A stretch of DNA of 64,000 bases from Terriglobia bacterium (GTDB lineage: Bacteria; Acidobacteriota; Terriglobia; Terriglobales; Acidobacteriaceae), in the NCBI GenBank assembly GCA_963797035.1, contig CAWCOC010000018.1, forward strand, positions 65,589 through 129,588. The letters are read 5' to 3'. The position numbers and the translations under genes are program-made. This document shows positions 8,530-18,528 of the stretch, piece by piece. Below the pieces are notes generated by a model. That model made no database searches and was not told where the DNA came from. It saw nothing but the letters and a program-made list of their open reading frames with translations. The stretch's first letter is position 1, and the number at the start of each line of letters is the position of its first letter.

Positions 8530-9372
8530 ATGAGCGGACATAAACCTCTCCCGCCGATTTTCACGGCACATCTTTTTCCCAAGCTCGAAGCCATGCTGAT
8601 CGAGCTGCTGGGCTCGCTGTCGCCGGATGACTGGGACCGGCAGACGGTCTCGCCGCGCTGGAAGGTGCGAGACGTCGCGGCACACCTGCTGGACACGCAA
8701 CTGCGCAAGCTTTCGCTGGCCAGGGACGGCTACGTGGCCGAACCAACTGAGATCCGCTCGGCGGAGGAGCTGGCGGAGTTGATCAACCGCCTGAACGAGG
8801 AAGGGGTACGAATGTACCGGCGGCTGAGCCCAGCGGTGCTGATCGGGTTGATGGAAGTGTCGTCAAAAGCCAGTGCCGAGTATCACCAGTCGCTCGACCC
8901 GTACGCGATGGCGCCCTTCGGAGTGAGCTGGGCAGGAGAGCAGGAGTCCTTCAACTGGTTCGATACCGCCCGTGAATTTACCGAGAGATGGCATCACCAG
9001 CAGCAGATCAGGATGGCCGTCAGCCGCCCGGGAATCATGACGCGGGAGTTGTATTACCCGGTGCTGGACTGCTTCATGCGCGGACTGCCGTTTGCCTACC
9101 GGCAGGTATCAGCCAAGCCTGGCGCACTGCTGCAATTCAATGTTGCCGGCGAATGCGGAGGAAGCTGGTATCTGCTCCGGGATGATGAGGCATGGCGACT
9201 GGTGGACCAGGGGAACGAAACAAGAACCGGCGAAGTCACCATTCCGCAGGAAATCGCGTGGCGGATCTTCACCAGGGGCATCGACCGGGAATCCGCGGCG
9301 GCGCAGACCAGCATCCGGGGAGAGCAGGCGCTGGGGCGCAAGGTGCTGGAGATGGTCACCATTGTTGCCTAG
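8530..9372 (+). CDS. DinB / maleylpyruvate-isomerase-N (MDMPI_N) superfamily protein with SCP2-like C-terminus
   Basis: VRDVAAHLLDT, ERWHHQQQIR and a C-terminal GGSWYLL...GEVTIPQEIAWRIFTRG pattern. The family call is from memory of TIGR03083-type proteins. Confidence 0.75.
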   Translation: MSGHKPLPPIFTAHLFPKLEAMLIELLGSLSPDDWDRQTVSPRWKVRDVAAHLLDTQLRKLSLARDGYVAEPTEIRSAEELAELINRLNEEGVRMYRRLSPAVLIGLMEVSSKASAEYHQSLDPYAMAPFGVSWAGEQESFNWFDTAREFTERWHHQQQIRMAVSRPGIMTRELYYPVLDCFMRGLPFAYRQVSAKPGALLQFNVAGECGGSWYLLRDDEAWRLVDQGNETRTGEVTIPQEIAWRIFTRGIDRESAAAQTSIRGEQALGRKVLEMVTIVA

Positions 9373-9587
9373 GCAGAAATCTCTTTTTGCCACTGATCCC
9401 ATGCGCCACTTTGAGACGGACGGCGGATTGCGCAGCGTGCATGATCCTGCAATCATCCTGCCCAGAAAGTCTTGTCGGAAGCACCGACCGAGTCTATAAT
9501 CCCGCCACTCTCCGGGGTCTTAATTCATCACTCAGAATCGCTTGGCGTCCGGCAAGGTGCGGAGCCGAATGTTTTGGAGGAGGACCG

Positions 9588-12500
9588 ATGAAGCTGCTGC
9601 GATTTGCCGTGTTCGCGTGCCTGCTGATTTCACTTCAACTGTTCGCACAAACCCAGATTACAAGCGGTGTGATCCAGGGCACCGTGATCGACCCTTCGGG
9701 CGCGGTGGTTCCGAGAGCTTCGGTCGAGGCGCGCAATCCGGATACGAATTTCAGCCGCACGCTAACGACCGACAGCAATGGCCGGTTCGTCTTTCTCGCC
9801 ATGCCCACCGGATCGTACAAGCTGACGATTTCCGCCCAGGGATTTGCCACGGTGGTGCAGGAAAACCTGAACCTCACGGTTGGGCAGGCGATTTCGCTGA
9901 ACGTTCCTCTGAAAGTCTCCTCGACGGCGGAGCAAATCGTGGTGACCGACACGCCGACGCTGGACCCCACCAAAACGGAGGTGAGCAGCACGCTGGCGCC
10001 GGTCACGGTGGCCACCACGCCGGTGCTGGGGCGCAAATTTGAAGACCTGCTGACGCTGACGCCCGGCGTCGGCATCGTGCAGGGCCCGGACGGCGATGAA
10101 ATCACTTTTGCCGGCCAGCGCGGCACGTTTAACAACATCAGTCTGGACGGCGGCGACTACAACAACGGGTTCTTCGGCGAGCAGATGGGCGGCCAGCGCG
10201 CCGCCATCGACATCACCATGGACGCGGTGCAGGAGTTCCAGGTGGTGGCCAGCGGGGCGAGCGCGGAATTTGGGCGCACCGCGGGCGGGGTGGTGAATGT
10301 GATCACCAAGTCCGGCACGAACAACCTGCACGGCAGCCTGTTCCACTTCCAGCGGCTGGAAGCCTTGAGCTCCGATACCTCCGACGGCAAGCCGCTCAAG
10401 AATTTCTCTCGCGAGCAATTCGGGGGCACGGTCGGCGGGCCGATCGTGAAAGACAAGATGTTCTTTTTCGGCGCCTTCGAGCAGATCATCGCGGAGTTGA
10501 GCCGTGAAAACCTGAGCACGCAACTGGGCGCGGTGCCGTGCCCGATGCAGTCGCCCACCATCGCCGCCAATGAGGCGCTCATCAACTCCAACAGCGACTG
10601 CCAGCGTCTTGCGCTGGTCAATTTCATCAACGGCAAGCTTGGTCAAAACGACGGACTGCCCGTCAACCATCCCATCCGAAATTCCAATGCGCTGGGCAAG
10701 TTCGACTGGAATGTCAGCGCACGCAACAAGCTCAGCGCCTCGTACAACTTCGACTACTCGAAGAACGAGAACCAAACGTTCGACGTGCCCACGTATGGCA
10801 CCTCGGCCAACGGCACCGAAGGCCCCTCGAAGATCCAAGCCTACAATGCCAACCTGCTGACGAGCATCTCACCCACCCTGCTGAACGAGTTGCATTTCAC
10901 CTACGGGCGCGAAAACCGCCCGCGAAACACCACGCCTTCCAAGATTCCTGCTGATACCGGAATCGGGTTTGCTCCCAGCTTCCGCGTGGGCAATCCCTTT
11001 TTCCTGGAGCCTTCGATTGACGAGATCTTCTGGCGCACGCAGATTCGCGACAACTTTTCGATCGTGCACGGAAACCACAACATCAAGTTCGGGGGGGAAT
11101 GGATCCACAGCCGGAACACGCAAACTTTCCGTGGGTTCTTCACCGGCCGCTACCTGTTTGACAGTGTGACCGGATTCCTGCGCTTCGCGTCGCCGGCGGC
11201 CGCCGGCGGGTTCGGTCCGAGCGCCGCCTCGTGCAGCGACGGCAGCTATGTCACGCTGCCGGCGGCGTGTCCTGGCGGAACGACCTTCAGTGGCGGTCCG
11301 CTCCTGTTTTATCTGCAGGACGGCTTGCCGACCGGATTGGAGAACGTACCTCCGGGTTTCTCCGACATCAAGAACGAGGACTTCGCCCTCTTTATTCAGG
11401 ACAAATGGCAGGTCACTCGCAATTTCACGCTGAATTACGGCTTGCGCTGGGAGGCGCAGATTTTTCCCGACCCGGTGATCAGCCCGTCCAAGACGGCGTA
11501 CGGCCCGAACCTGAGCGACCCCCTATTCCCCTCCGATGGCACGCTGCACAGCCAGAAGAAAGAATTTCAGCCGCGCCTCGGTTTTGCGTGGGACGTGAGA
11601 GGAAATCAGAAGTCGGTGCTGCGCGCCAATGCGGGCATTTACAACGCACGCCAGAATATGCTGAGTGAGGTGAGTTCCATCACCACCAACGGGGTGCAAC
11701 AGTACACCGTCTTCACCGATACCGATCTGGCACGGCAGGGCTTTACTCCTACACCGCCCGCGTGGCCGAATGCCTTCCCCATACCGGCAGCTACCGGAAC
11801 CATTCCCTTCGGAGCCGGAGTCCACGTATTCGACCGGAACTACGCCAACCCGCGCATTTACACCTGGAACGTCGGATACGAGCAGGAGTTGGCTCCCAGT
11901 TTGTCGCTATACACGGATCTCACCTGGTCCAGAGGCGTGCACATCACCCGGTTCTTCAACTACAACACGGCCGGATTCTATACACCCAGTGGAACTTTCG
12001 TTCCCGGCACCACCAATGGCGCGGCCGTGGCCCCATTTCCAGCTTTGGGTGACGTTTTTGTCTTGAATAGTGACGGCAAGGCGCTCTACCGCGGCTTCAC
12101 CATCGGTATGAAAAAGCGCTTCAGCCAGCATTGGCAGCTGGAATGGAACTACGTCCTCTCCGAGGACCTGGATGACGATTCCAACGAGCGCGACCCGTTC
12201 ACCGACCGGCGCTTCAATCCGCGAATCCCGACGCTGGATTATCACTTCTCGGACCGCGACCAGCGCCACAAGTTCAACCTCTACAGCTACTCGGAGCTGC
12301 CGGGGAAGTTCAACCTCAACCTTCGACTGCAGGCCCATACGCCGCAGCCGATCACCGACACCGGATGTCCGATCCGCAACTGCGCCTGGAAGGACACCGC
12401 CTTCACCTCGTTCGACTGGCGCGTGTCCCGGCCGTTTAAGTTCGGCGAGAACATGGCGCTGACACCGACGGTTGAGATGTTCAATACCTTCAACAGCAAG

Positions 12501-12611
12501 AACTTCGTGAACCCACTGACGGCGGCGGCCCTGTTCGATTTCAGCGGCTTCCTGCGGGAAGGCGTGGGCGATCCCAGGCAGGTTCAGTTGGCGGTGAAGT
12601 TCACCTTCTGA
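9588..12611 (+). CDS. TonB-dependent receptor with N-terminal carboxypeptidase-regulatory-like domain
   Basis: ATG 9588 follows GGAGGAGG and opens with the signal peptide MKLLRFAVFACLLISLQLFAQ. A CarboxypepD_reg-like segment is present (GTVIDPSGAVVPRASVEARN...TDSNGRFVFLAMPTGSYKLTISAQGF). Plug-like FAGQRGTFNNISLDGGDYNN and a barrel ending ...QLAVKFTF (terminal Phe) follow. Confidence 0.9.
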   Translation: MKLLRFAVFACLLISLQLFAQTQITSGVIQGTVIDPSGAVVPRASVEARNPDTNFSRTLTTDSNGRFVFLAMPTGSYKLTISAQGFATVVQENLNLTVGQAISLNVPLKVSSTAEQIVVTDTPTLDPTKTEVSSTLAPVTVATTPVLGRKFEDLLTLTPGVGIVQGPDGDEITFAGQRGTFNNISLDGGDYNNGFFGEQMGGQRAAIDITMDAVQEFQVVASGASAEFGRTAGGVVNVITKSGTNNLHGSLFHFQRLEALSSDTSDGKPLKNFSREQFGGTVGGPIVKDKMFFFGAFEQIIAELSRENLSTQLGAVPCPMQSPTIAANEALINSNSDCQRLALVNFINGKLGQNDGLPVNHPIRNSNALGKFDWNVSARNKLSASYNFDYSKNENQTFDVPTYGTSANGTEGPSKIQAYNANLLTSISPTLLNELHFTYGRENRPRNTTPSKIPADTGIGFAPSFRVGNPFFLEPSIDEIFWRTQIRDNFSIVHGNHNIKFGGEWIHSRNTQTFRGFFTGRYLFDSVTGFLRFASPAAAGGFGPSAASCSDGSYVTLPAACPGGTTFSGGPLLFYLQDGLPTGLENVPPGFSDIKNEDFALFIQDKWQVTRNFTLNYGLRWEAQIFPDPVISPSKTAYGPNLSDPLFPSDGTLHSQKKEFQPRLGFAWDVRGNQKSVLRANAGIYNARQNMLSEVSSITTNGVQQYTVFTDTDLARQGFTPTPPAWPNAFPIPAATGTIPFGAGVHVFDRNYANPRIYTWNVGYEQELAPSLSLYTDLTWSRGVHITRFFNYNTAGFYTPSGTFVPGTTNGAAVAPFPALGDVFVLNSDGKALYRGFTIGMKKRFSQHWQLEWNYVLSEDLDDDSNERDPFTDRRFNPRIPTLDYHFSDRDQRHKFNLYSYSELPGKFNLNLRLQAHTPQPITDTGCPIRNCAWKDTAFTSFDWRVSRPFKFGENMALTPTVEMFNTFNSKNFVNPLTAAALFDFSGFLREGVGDPRQVQLAVKFTF

Positions 12612-12630
12612 GCTGGGCCGGAAAAACGAG

Positions 12631-12663
12631 GCCGCGGGCGAGGGCGCCCGCGGCGTTTTTATT
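12631..12663 (+). terminator. rho-independent terminator after the TonB-dependent receptor gene
   Basis: GCCGCGGGCG (12631-12640) pairs with CGCCCGCGGC (12645-12654) around loop AGGG, followed by GTTTTTATT. Confidence 0.7.
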
Positions 12664-12712
12664 GCTTTGAGCGCGAACTTCAGCCCCGGCGGGGCGCCGG
12701 GGCCTACCATTT

Positions 12713-12863
12713 TTTCGGGTACTACTATTTCTGCGCGGCGTAGCATATCCGCTCGTCTGCCATTTTTTCGGCCATACCATTTCCGCGCGGCCTACCATTT
12801 CCGCGAGGCCTACTATTTCTGCGCGGGCTGCCAGTTTTCGCGGCCTGCCATTTTCTTGCAGGG
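12713..12863. repeat. degenerate tandem array, about 9 copies of an 18-bp unit (consensus about CCTACCATTTCCGCGCGG)
   Basis: Read directly: cctaccattttttcgggt / actactatttctgcgcgg / cgtagcatatccgctcgt / ctgccattttttcggc / cataccatttccgcgcgg / cctaccatttccgcgagg / cctactatttctgcgcgg / gctgccagttttcgcgg / cctgccattttcttgcaggg. The array sits in a convergent intergenic region. Confidence 0.75.
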
Positions 12864-12875
12864 CGCACCCTAGCA

Positions 12876-14243
12876 TCAGGCGACTACGCGTTTGGGCGCG
12901 AGGTCGGCATTGCGGAAGCTCACGGTAATAACGCGGCCATCGTCGGCTTCGATCTCCAGCAGGCGGCGGTCACCGCCGTCGCGTACGGTTACTCGATTCG
13001 CGGAGACAGTATGGATGACGAGGTCGTCGCGGGTCTGCCCCACGCCAATGTCGATGATGAGTTCGCGAGCCTTGACGTCAGCGCCGAAGCCATCGATCGG
13101 CATGTCGCGCTGCAAGACACTGCTCTGGCCGCCCTCCCGTAGTTCCACCGTGACCAGTACTCCGTTCAGTGCCTTGTCGAGGTCATTAAAGAAGTTCAGC
13201 CAGCGCTCGCGCGGAATGTCGCCGGGCTGCAGCAAAGCCAGCAAGTCCACGCTGGTGCGAGGCCCGCTTTCATTGCCAGAGAGAGCCCCCAGAACGGTGT
13301 CGCCGGTATAGGTCATCTCGGAGGATCCGTGGTCGTAGTAGCCGGCAGCGCCGCGCTCGCCTTGGCCGAGAGAACCCGCCAGGCGAACCTCGGCCGATCC
13401 CGGAGGAAAGGGCCCGGTAGCGGGATAGATGCCGCTGCGTCCCACCACATCGCGGCGAGCTTCGTCGGGCACAGCGGCCACGGATGTGCGCTGCTGGCGA
13501 CGTCCGGCGCGCGGGCCGGGCGCCGGCTTTACGGCATCCATCAGGGTATCCAGCACGCGGGTGCGGCGCGCGCTGCGGGTCAGCAGGCCGAGGCCAAGCA
13601 AGCCGGCCACGGTGTTCAAGAAACCGGGATCGCGAATGGCGCGCGCCAGCAACGCCATGCCCAGGCCGCCCATGACCAGGCGAGTTCCGGGCGCCCAGTT
13701 CTCCTGGAACAGCTCCGGCTTGTCGCCGGGCCGCTCACCGCCGCCTTGCAACCCGGGGAAGTTTTCCGAGGAATCGTGCTCCTCGAGGCGGGCATCGACA
13801 CCACGGACGCCATGGAGGTGTCGAATGGCGCGGGCGATGTGCATGGCTTCGCCGCGCAACACCGGTCCGGCGAGGACGATCCGGCCCTGGTGGGCATGCG
13901 CTTCGATGGAGCCGGGGTGGCAGGCGAGGCGGCCAAGCTTGGAGCGAACGCGGAGTTCGAGAACATCATCGGGAACGCGCTCGTGGCGGACCAGGCTCGC
14001 GGCCTCGGCGAATAGGCCCTCGGCGCGGTGTTCGAGGTCGCGGACGCCCTTGTCCACGGCATCGCCGGTCAGGTGGGCGAGACGAAACAGCTTCTGCTGC
14101 GCCATGGCGCGGCGGCGATTTCCCCGGTCGGGATCGAGCACGTACATGACGCCCGCGCCTAGGCCCATGCCGCTGATGAATGACAGTGCGGTGTTGCCGG
14201 AATCCGCTGGTTGGGAGCGATGATGGGAATGTTTCTTTTTCAT
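12876..14243 (-). CDS. BON domain-containing membrane protein with uncharacterised C-terminal domain
   Basis: ATG 14243 gives MKKKHSHH.... The N-terminus is YtxH-like, and the BON-like segment reads DDVLELRVRSKLGRL...IEAHAHQGRIVLAGPV. Two TM helices (LVMGGLGMALLA, VAGLLGLGLL) and a C-terminal 130 aa (LVTVELREGGQSSVLQRDMPIDGFGADV...) follow. Confidence 0.8.
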   Translation of the reverse strand: MKKKHSHHRSQPADSGNTALSFISGMGLGAGVMYVLDPDRGNRRRAMAQQKLFRLAHLTGDAVDKGVRDLEHRAEGLFAEAASLVRHERVPDDVLELRVRSKLGRLACHPGSIEAHAHQGRIVLAGPVLRGEAMHIARAIRHLHGVRGVDARLEEHDSSENFPGLQGGGERPGDKPELFQENWAPGTRLVMGGLGMALLARAIRDPGFLNTVAGLLGLGLLTRSARRTRVLDTLMDAVKPAPGPRAGRRQQRTSVAAVPDEARRDVVGRSGIYPATGPFPPGSAEVRLAGSLGQGERGAAGYYDHGSSEMTYTGDTVLGALSGNESGPRTSVDLLALLQPGDIPRERWLNFFNDLDKALNGVLVTVELREGGQSSVLQRDMPIDGFGADVKARELIIDIGVGQTRDDLVIHTVSANRVTVRDGGDRRLLEIEADDGRVITVSFRNADLAPKRVVA

Positions 14244-14352
14244 AAGACCCCCAACAGTTTTCAGATGCGGAGGGCAAATTGCGAGTTTTGAGGAAAGCCG
14301 CGAAATGGAGTTGCGGCGGGAGATCACAAAGGGTTGTTACAGGTCTGGGGAG

Positions 14353-14610
14353 CTAGGAGGCGGCAGCGTGGCGGACAACCGTGGGCGACAGAGGAACGGC
14401 GACCACGCCCTTGCCGCGGTGGAAAGCAAGCGTCATGGTCGAGGAACACTTGGCGCAGAGCCAGAAAAACTCGATACGATGCGGCCTCTTGGCTCCCACC
14501 GCCAATTGCGGGCCATTGCCGTCGACCGAGGTGTCAATCTGGAAAAGCTTGCCGTCGCGGAGATAGTGAAACGGCTCGGTGCAGGCGGGGTTGGCGCATT
14601 TAGATAACAT
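14353..14610 (-). CDS. small Cys-rich (zinc-ribbon-like) hypothetical protein
   Basis: ATG 14610 has GGAGG 5 nt upstream. MLSKCANPACTEPFHYLRDGKLFQ...FFWLCAKCS carries two CxxC-type pairs. Confidence 0.65.
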   Translation of the reverse strand: MLSKCANPACTEPFHYLRDGKLFQIDTSVDGNGPQLAVGAKRPHRIEFFWLCAKCSSTMTLAFHRGKGVVAVPLSPTVVRHAAAS

Positions 14611-14846
14611 GGAGGCCTCCAACGTCGAGGGAAACCCGGGCCCCAGAGCGGGCGGTTTTTCAACGCCCCACGAAACCGTACGTCTCTAGGATGCACGGTT
14701 TGTGTCAGAACAGGGAAATAAAAATGTCTGGAAAACGATTCCTCAAGCCCAGAAACGTCAGACGTTCCAGTTTTGCACAAATGGTGAGGCAAATCCGGGG
14801 CGCAACAGCAAGACAGGCTCCAGGCCTACAGCATGCAGATGGCGCT

Positions 14847-15722
14847 TCAGGGTTTGGCGATGAGGTCGCGGTAAGAGATCAGTTCGATGCCACAATCCCG
14901 CAGTAGGGCACGTGTCTCGGGCGAAGTCAGCAGCGCCAGCTCGGCTTCGCGTGACGCAGTGAGGCCGCTCAAAGGACGTAAGGCAGCATCGCTATAGCCG
15001 GGATGGGTGACCAACTCCCAGGTGCCCTCCGGGATGCGGCGGATCAGGGCATCCAACCGGCGCCGGTTCAGAAAGCCGGTGAGGACGATGCCGACGGTAC
15101 CCTGGGGGGCAACCAAGCCCTCCGCTTCGACCATGCAGCGGAACTTGTCGGCCATGGAATGAAAGACGCGCACCGCGCCATAGCGGGCGAGCATTCTCGG
15201 ACGCAGAGAGACCTGCGAAAATCGGACCAGGGGTTCGGGCTCGAAGGGATTGCGCACGGCGCGAATGCCGCGCAGTTTGGCTGCCGCCAGCAACGGCCGC
15301 AAGACGTGCGGAAACAAGTGAGTGTGCTTGTGGGTATCGACGTGGGTGAGCGCAAGACCGGCGGATTGGAGCTTGGCGATTTGCGCCGACGCTTCCCGGG
15401 TGATCTCCGCGGCGGACAGGCGATGGCGCAAGGCAGCACGGGCAAAGCGCGCGAACCCCGGCCGGAAGGTCGTTCCCCGGGTGAGCGTGGGAAGCTGCGC
15501 CGGGGTGGAAACCGGCGCGAGCTGGATGAGATCGACATGACAGCCAATGGAGAGCTGCGGCAATGTCGCGGCCAGAGCAACGGCCTGCTCGAATTCGGCG
15601 CCGCTGGCCATCATGCTGGCCGAGGTGACGACGCCGCGCTGGTGGGCCTCGACAATGGCGCGGTTGACGCCCGCGGTAAGGCCAAAATCGTCGGCGTTAA
15701 TGATGAGGCGCTTCACCCGCAA
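14847..15722 (-). CDS. ChbG/HpnK (YdjC) family carbohydrate deacetylase
   Basis: (M)KRLIINADDFGLTAGVNRAI, GCHVDL and THVDTHKHTHLFP are YdjC-family signatures. The track start 15722 is TTG; GTG at 15716 (VKRLIINADDFG) is an equally likely start. Confidence 0.85.
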   Translation of the reverse strand: MRVKRLIINADDFGLTAGVNRAIVEAHQRGVVTSASMMASGAEFEQAVALAATLPQLSIGCHVDLIQLAPVSTPAQLPTLTRGTTFRPGFARFARAALRHRLSAAEITREASAQIAKLQSAGLALTHVDTHKHTHLFPHVLRPLLAAAKLRGIRAVRNPFEPEPLVRFSQVSLRPRMLARYGAVRVFHSMADKFRCMVEAEGLVAPQGTVGIVLTGFLNRRRLDALIRRIPEGTWELVTHPGYSDAALRPLSGLTASREAELALLTSPETRALLRDCGIELISYRDLIAKP

Positions 15723-15793
15723 GCAGTGTAACCGAGGTGCGGCGCACAGGGTTTATGCGAAATCCGCGCCCATCATGGTTTTCAGCTGTCGAG

Positions 15794-16618
15794 TTACCAG
15801 GTCCGAAGCGTGACCTTGTCGAGCCATTCACTGATCGCGTTGGGATAGCCGGACGTGTTCGCCTGCCCATTCAGATCGATCTGGAATTGCACGCCCAACT
15901 GATCGGACCAGCCGCTGGGCAGCGGTCCGGCGCGCTGCACCGAGTTGACGGTGTAGGTGTGATCGGAGGTGATCGTGTTGCGAGAGCCGCCGTACTCGAT
16001 GATGCGCACCGAATCGTACGACATGCCGCCATAGGTCATGTTGAGGCCGGGCGCCACGCGGTGCAGGTTCCAGATTACGTGGTACCACACGCCGGTAAGA
16101 AACTTCGATTGGCTCAGATTCACGCAGGGCATGCCGTACATGGGAATCCACTGACCGAGGTCCTGGCTCCAGATGTCCCACACGCCGCCGTTCTGGCCGT
16201 AGTCACATTGCGTGCCCCACATGAATTCCACCGGACCGGGCGCTCCCGCCACGTTGTTGATGAACTGAAAGGTGTCGAACTCAAACGCCTGGCCGATCTT
16301 GGTGGCGCTATTGCTGAGATAAAAGTAAAAATCAGTCTGGAACCTGGAGACGGCGTTGTTCGCTCCCAGTTCGCGAATGAACAGCGCGTCGGCCCAGGCA
16401 TTGCCCTGTTCGTAGAGTTGCGTGCTCTTGCCGTCAAGCGATGGCTTCCGCTGATTGAGATACACGTTGGCGCTGATGGGCTGAGTGCCGCCGGCGCATG
16501 GCCCGGTGCAGAGTTTCCAATTGGAGTTTTGCTCGATGTTGGAATACACGGTTTGCGCCCCGGCTGTCGAACCCACAAGCAGGGCAAGGGCGAGAAGGGA
16601 GAGCTTCACATTGTTCAT
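15794..16618 (-). CDS. secreted hypothetical protein
   Basis: Signal peptide MNNVKLSLLALALLVGSTAGAQ, then an Asn/Gly/Trp-rich beta-type sequence with 4 Cys. No family recognised. Confidence 0.75.
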   Translation of the reverse strand: MNNVKLSLLALALLVGSTAGAQTVYSNIEQNSNWKLCTGPCAGGTQPISANVYLNQRKPSLDGKSTQLYEQGNAWADALFIRELGANNAVSRFQTDFYFYLSNSATKIGQAFEFDTFQFINNVAGAPGPVEFMWGTQCDYGQNGGVWDIWSQDLGQWIPMYGMPCVNLSQSKFLTGVWYHVIWNLHRVAPGLNMTYGGMSYDSVRIIEYGGSRNTITSDHTYTVNSVQRAGPLPSGWSDQLGVQFQIDLNGQANTSGYPNAISEWLDKVTLRTW

Positions 16619-16784
16619 GGCTGGCCAGACACTCCGGATGGGTTACTGGAAAGTAAACTGGTTTGAAAGTTAACGCCAGCGAGAAATCGTCTTAGCCCAG
16701 GAACTACTGAGCCGCGCCCGCGCAGCGCCGCGACTGGTTCGCGACTGGTGGCGCCGGGAGCGTGCTAGATTGGTGCAGGCGAGC

Positions 16785-16860
16785 GGGCCCGTAGCTCAGC
16801 GGTTAGAGCAGTGGACTCATAATCCATTGGTCCCAGGTTCAAATCCTGGCGGGCCCACCA
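16785..16860 (+). tRNA. tRNA with CAT anticodon (Met by anticodon; sequence resembles lysidine-type tRNA-Ile2)
   Basis: GGGCCCG-TA-GCTC-AGCGGTTA-GAGC-A-GTGGA-CTCATAA-TCCAT-TGGTC-CCAGG-TTCAAAT-CCTGG-CGGGCCC-A-CCA folds as a perfect cloverleaf with encoded CCA. Confidence 0.93.
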
Positions 16861-16867
16861 GCATGAG

Positions 16868-18274
16868 TTGATTCACGATCTGCTCTCGCCAAAAAACGCC
16901 GCTTGCAGCGAACTCCGCTCCCGCCGCGCGAGTCTCAATGTTGTGGCCCGAACTCCAAAGATCCGCGGCATTTTCCGGTTTTGGTGGAAGGTGCGCTCCA
17001 ACTACTGGTTCGTTCCCGCCCTCGTCATTGGCGGTTGTGTCGGCCTCGCCTATTTAATGCTGATTTTGGACGCCACTCTCCCGCATTCCTCCGTCATTCA
17101 TCTCAGTTGGGTTTACACGCGCGACCCGAACGGCGCGCGCGCCCTGCTTTCCGTCATTTCCCAATCCATGATGACCGTAGCGGGCGTGGTTTTTTCCATC
17201 ACCGTCGTGGCTTTGACCATGGCTTCCAACCAGTTCGGCCCACGCGTGCTCAAGAGCTTTGCCCGCGACACCGGTAACCAGGTCGTGCTCGGTGTCTTTC
17301 TCGGAACTTTTCTCTACGGCATCCTGGTCATGCGGCGCGTCGAAGGCAGCGATGGCCACAAGTTCGTGCCCAGCTTGTCTGTCGCTTTTGGCATCTTCCT
17401 CGCCATGATCAGCGTCGCCGTGCTGGTCTATTTCATTCACCACTTCATCGTCGAAATCCAGGCCGAAACCATCGTCGCGGCTGTTACTCACGACCTTTAC
17501 GCCACCATCGACCAGCTGTTTCCCGACGATATCGGCCACGGCGGCCACCAGAGGCAACCGCCACAGCCCATTCACCTCGACCATTCCGCCCTGCAGGAGG
17601 TTTGCTCCGACGATGAAGGCTTTGTCCTCAGTATCGATTCGGAGCGCGTATTGCGCCTTGCCATCGACTGCGATGCGCTCGTCCGCCTTGAGGTCAAGCC
17701 CGGCGTGTTTACTACCGACCGCACGGTGCTGGCCCGCTTCCTGGCCAAACCCGAACACCACGACCGCCTTTGCCGCGAGCTGGTCGCCTGCTTTTCCGTT
17801 GGCGCCCAGCGCACCTATGACCAGGACCTTGGCTTCGCTCTCGACCAGCTTGGCTTGATCGCCGTCCGCTCCATGTCCCCGGCTCTCAACGCCATCGGCT
17901 CAGCCGAGGACGCCATCGACTGGCTCCGCGCCGCTTTTGTCCGCCTGGGCAATCGCGATATCCCGTCCGGCTATCGCTACGACAACGGCGGCCGCCTGCG
18001 TGTGATTGCTCCCACCTGGGACCTGCACGCGGTCGTGGCCTATGTGCTCGATCCCATTCGCCAGGTTTCGCAAACCAATCCCAGCTTCATCCTTCACACC
18101 ATCCGCGCCTTGGCCGAGGCCGCCGCATTAGCCCGTAATCCGGTCATGCGCGACGCCTTGTACGACCAGATTCGCCGCTTCGGCGACGCTGCCGTCGACT
18201 TCCCGCAGGAATCAGACCGGCGCAGGCTGCGCACAACCGTCGCCAGCCTGCTTCAGCAACAGCGTTCCGCATGA
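16868..18274 (+). CDS. DUF2254 domain-containing membrane protein
   Basis: WWKVRSNYWFVPAL, ALLSVISQSMMTVAGVVFSITVVALTMASNQFGPRVLKSF and VLVYFIHH are typical DUF2254 blocks. The track start is TTG, 8 nt after the tRNA, so the true start may be the GTG near 16943. Confidence 0.85.
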   Translation: MIHDLLSPKNAACSELRSRRASLNVVARTPKIRGIFRFWWKVRSNYWFVPALVIGGCVGLAYLMLILDATLPHSSVIHLSWVYTRDPNGARALLSVISQSMMTVAGVVFSITVVALTMASNQFGPRVLKSFARDTGNQVVLGVFLGTFLYGILVMRRVEGSDGHKFVPSLSVAFGIFLAMISVAVLVYFIHHFIVEIQAETIVAAVTHDLYATIDQLFPDDIGHGGHQRQPPQPIHLDHSALQEVCSDDEGFVLSIDSERVLRLAIDCDALVRLEVKPGVFTTDRTVLARFLAKPEHHDRLCRELVACFSVGAQRTYDQDLGFALDQLGLIAVRSMSPALNAIGSAEDAIDWLRAAFVRLGNRDIPSGYRYDNGGRLRVIAPTWDLHAVVAYVLDPIRQVSQTNPSFILHTIRALAEAAALARNPVMRDALYDQIRRFGDAAVDFPQESDRRRLRTTVASLLQQQRSA

Positions 18275-18528
18275 TCGTCGGCGCGCCATCCCGGGAAGGC
18301 TTAGACTGCCGCCGCCACCCGCGGCGTCCCCGGGGCCAAGCGGCGCGGCCAGAAGCACCCCTCCGGCCAACCAAACCGTGCCAACCGCGACACGTGTCAC
18401 CGCCGTCGCCTCCGCGCCTAGCTGTCCTGGCCGGCTGCTGCGGACGGAGTACCGGCTGGCGTCACACAACGATGTGATTTGCGCACTAACCGCGGCCGCA
18501 CCGGGGCGGTATGATGGGCTTGGATTCT

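Noticed and set aside
6541-12863. CRISPR interpretation of the tandem repeats at 6541-6596 and 12713-12863
   Set aside because: The units are 7 and 18 bp, directly abutting with no spacers, and no cas genes are present.
16785-18274. tRNA-adjacent genomic island
   Set aside because: I could find no integrase, no direct repeat of the tRNA 3' end and no mobile-element genes downstream. The flanking genes look like ordinary chromosomal genes.
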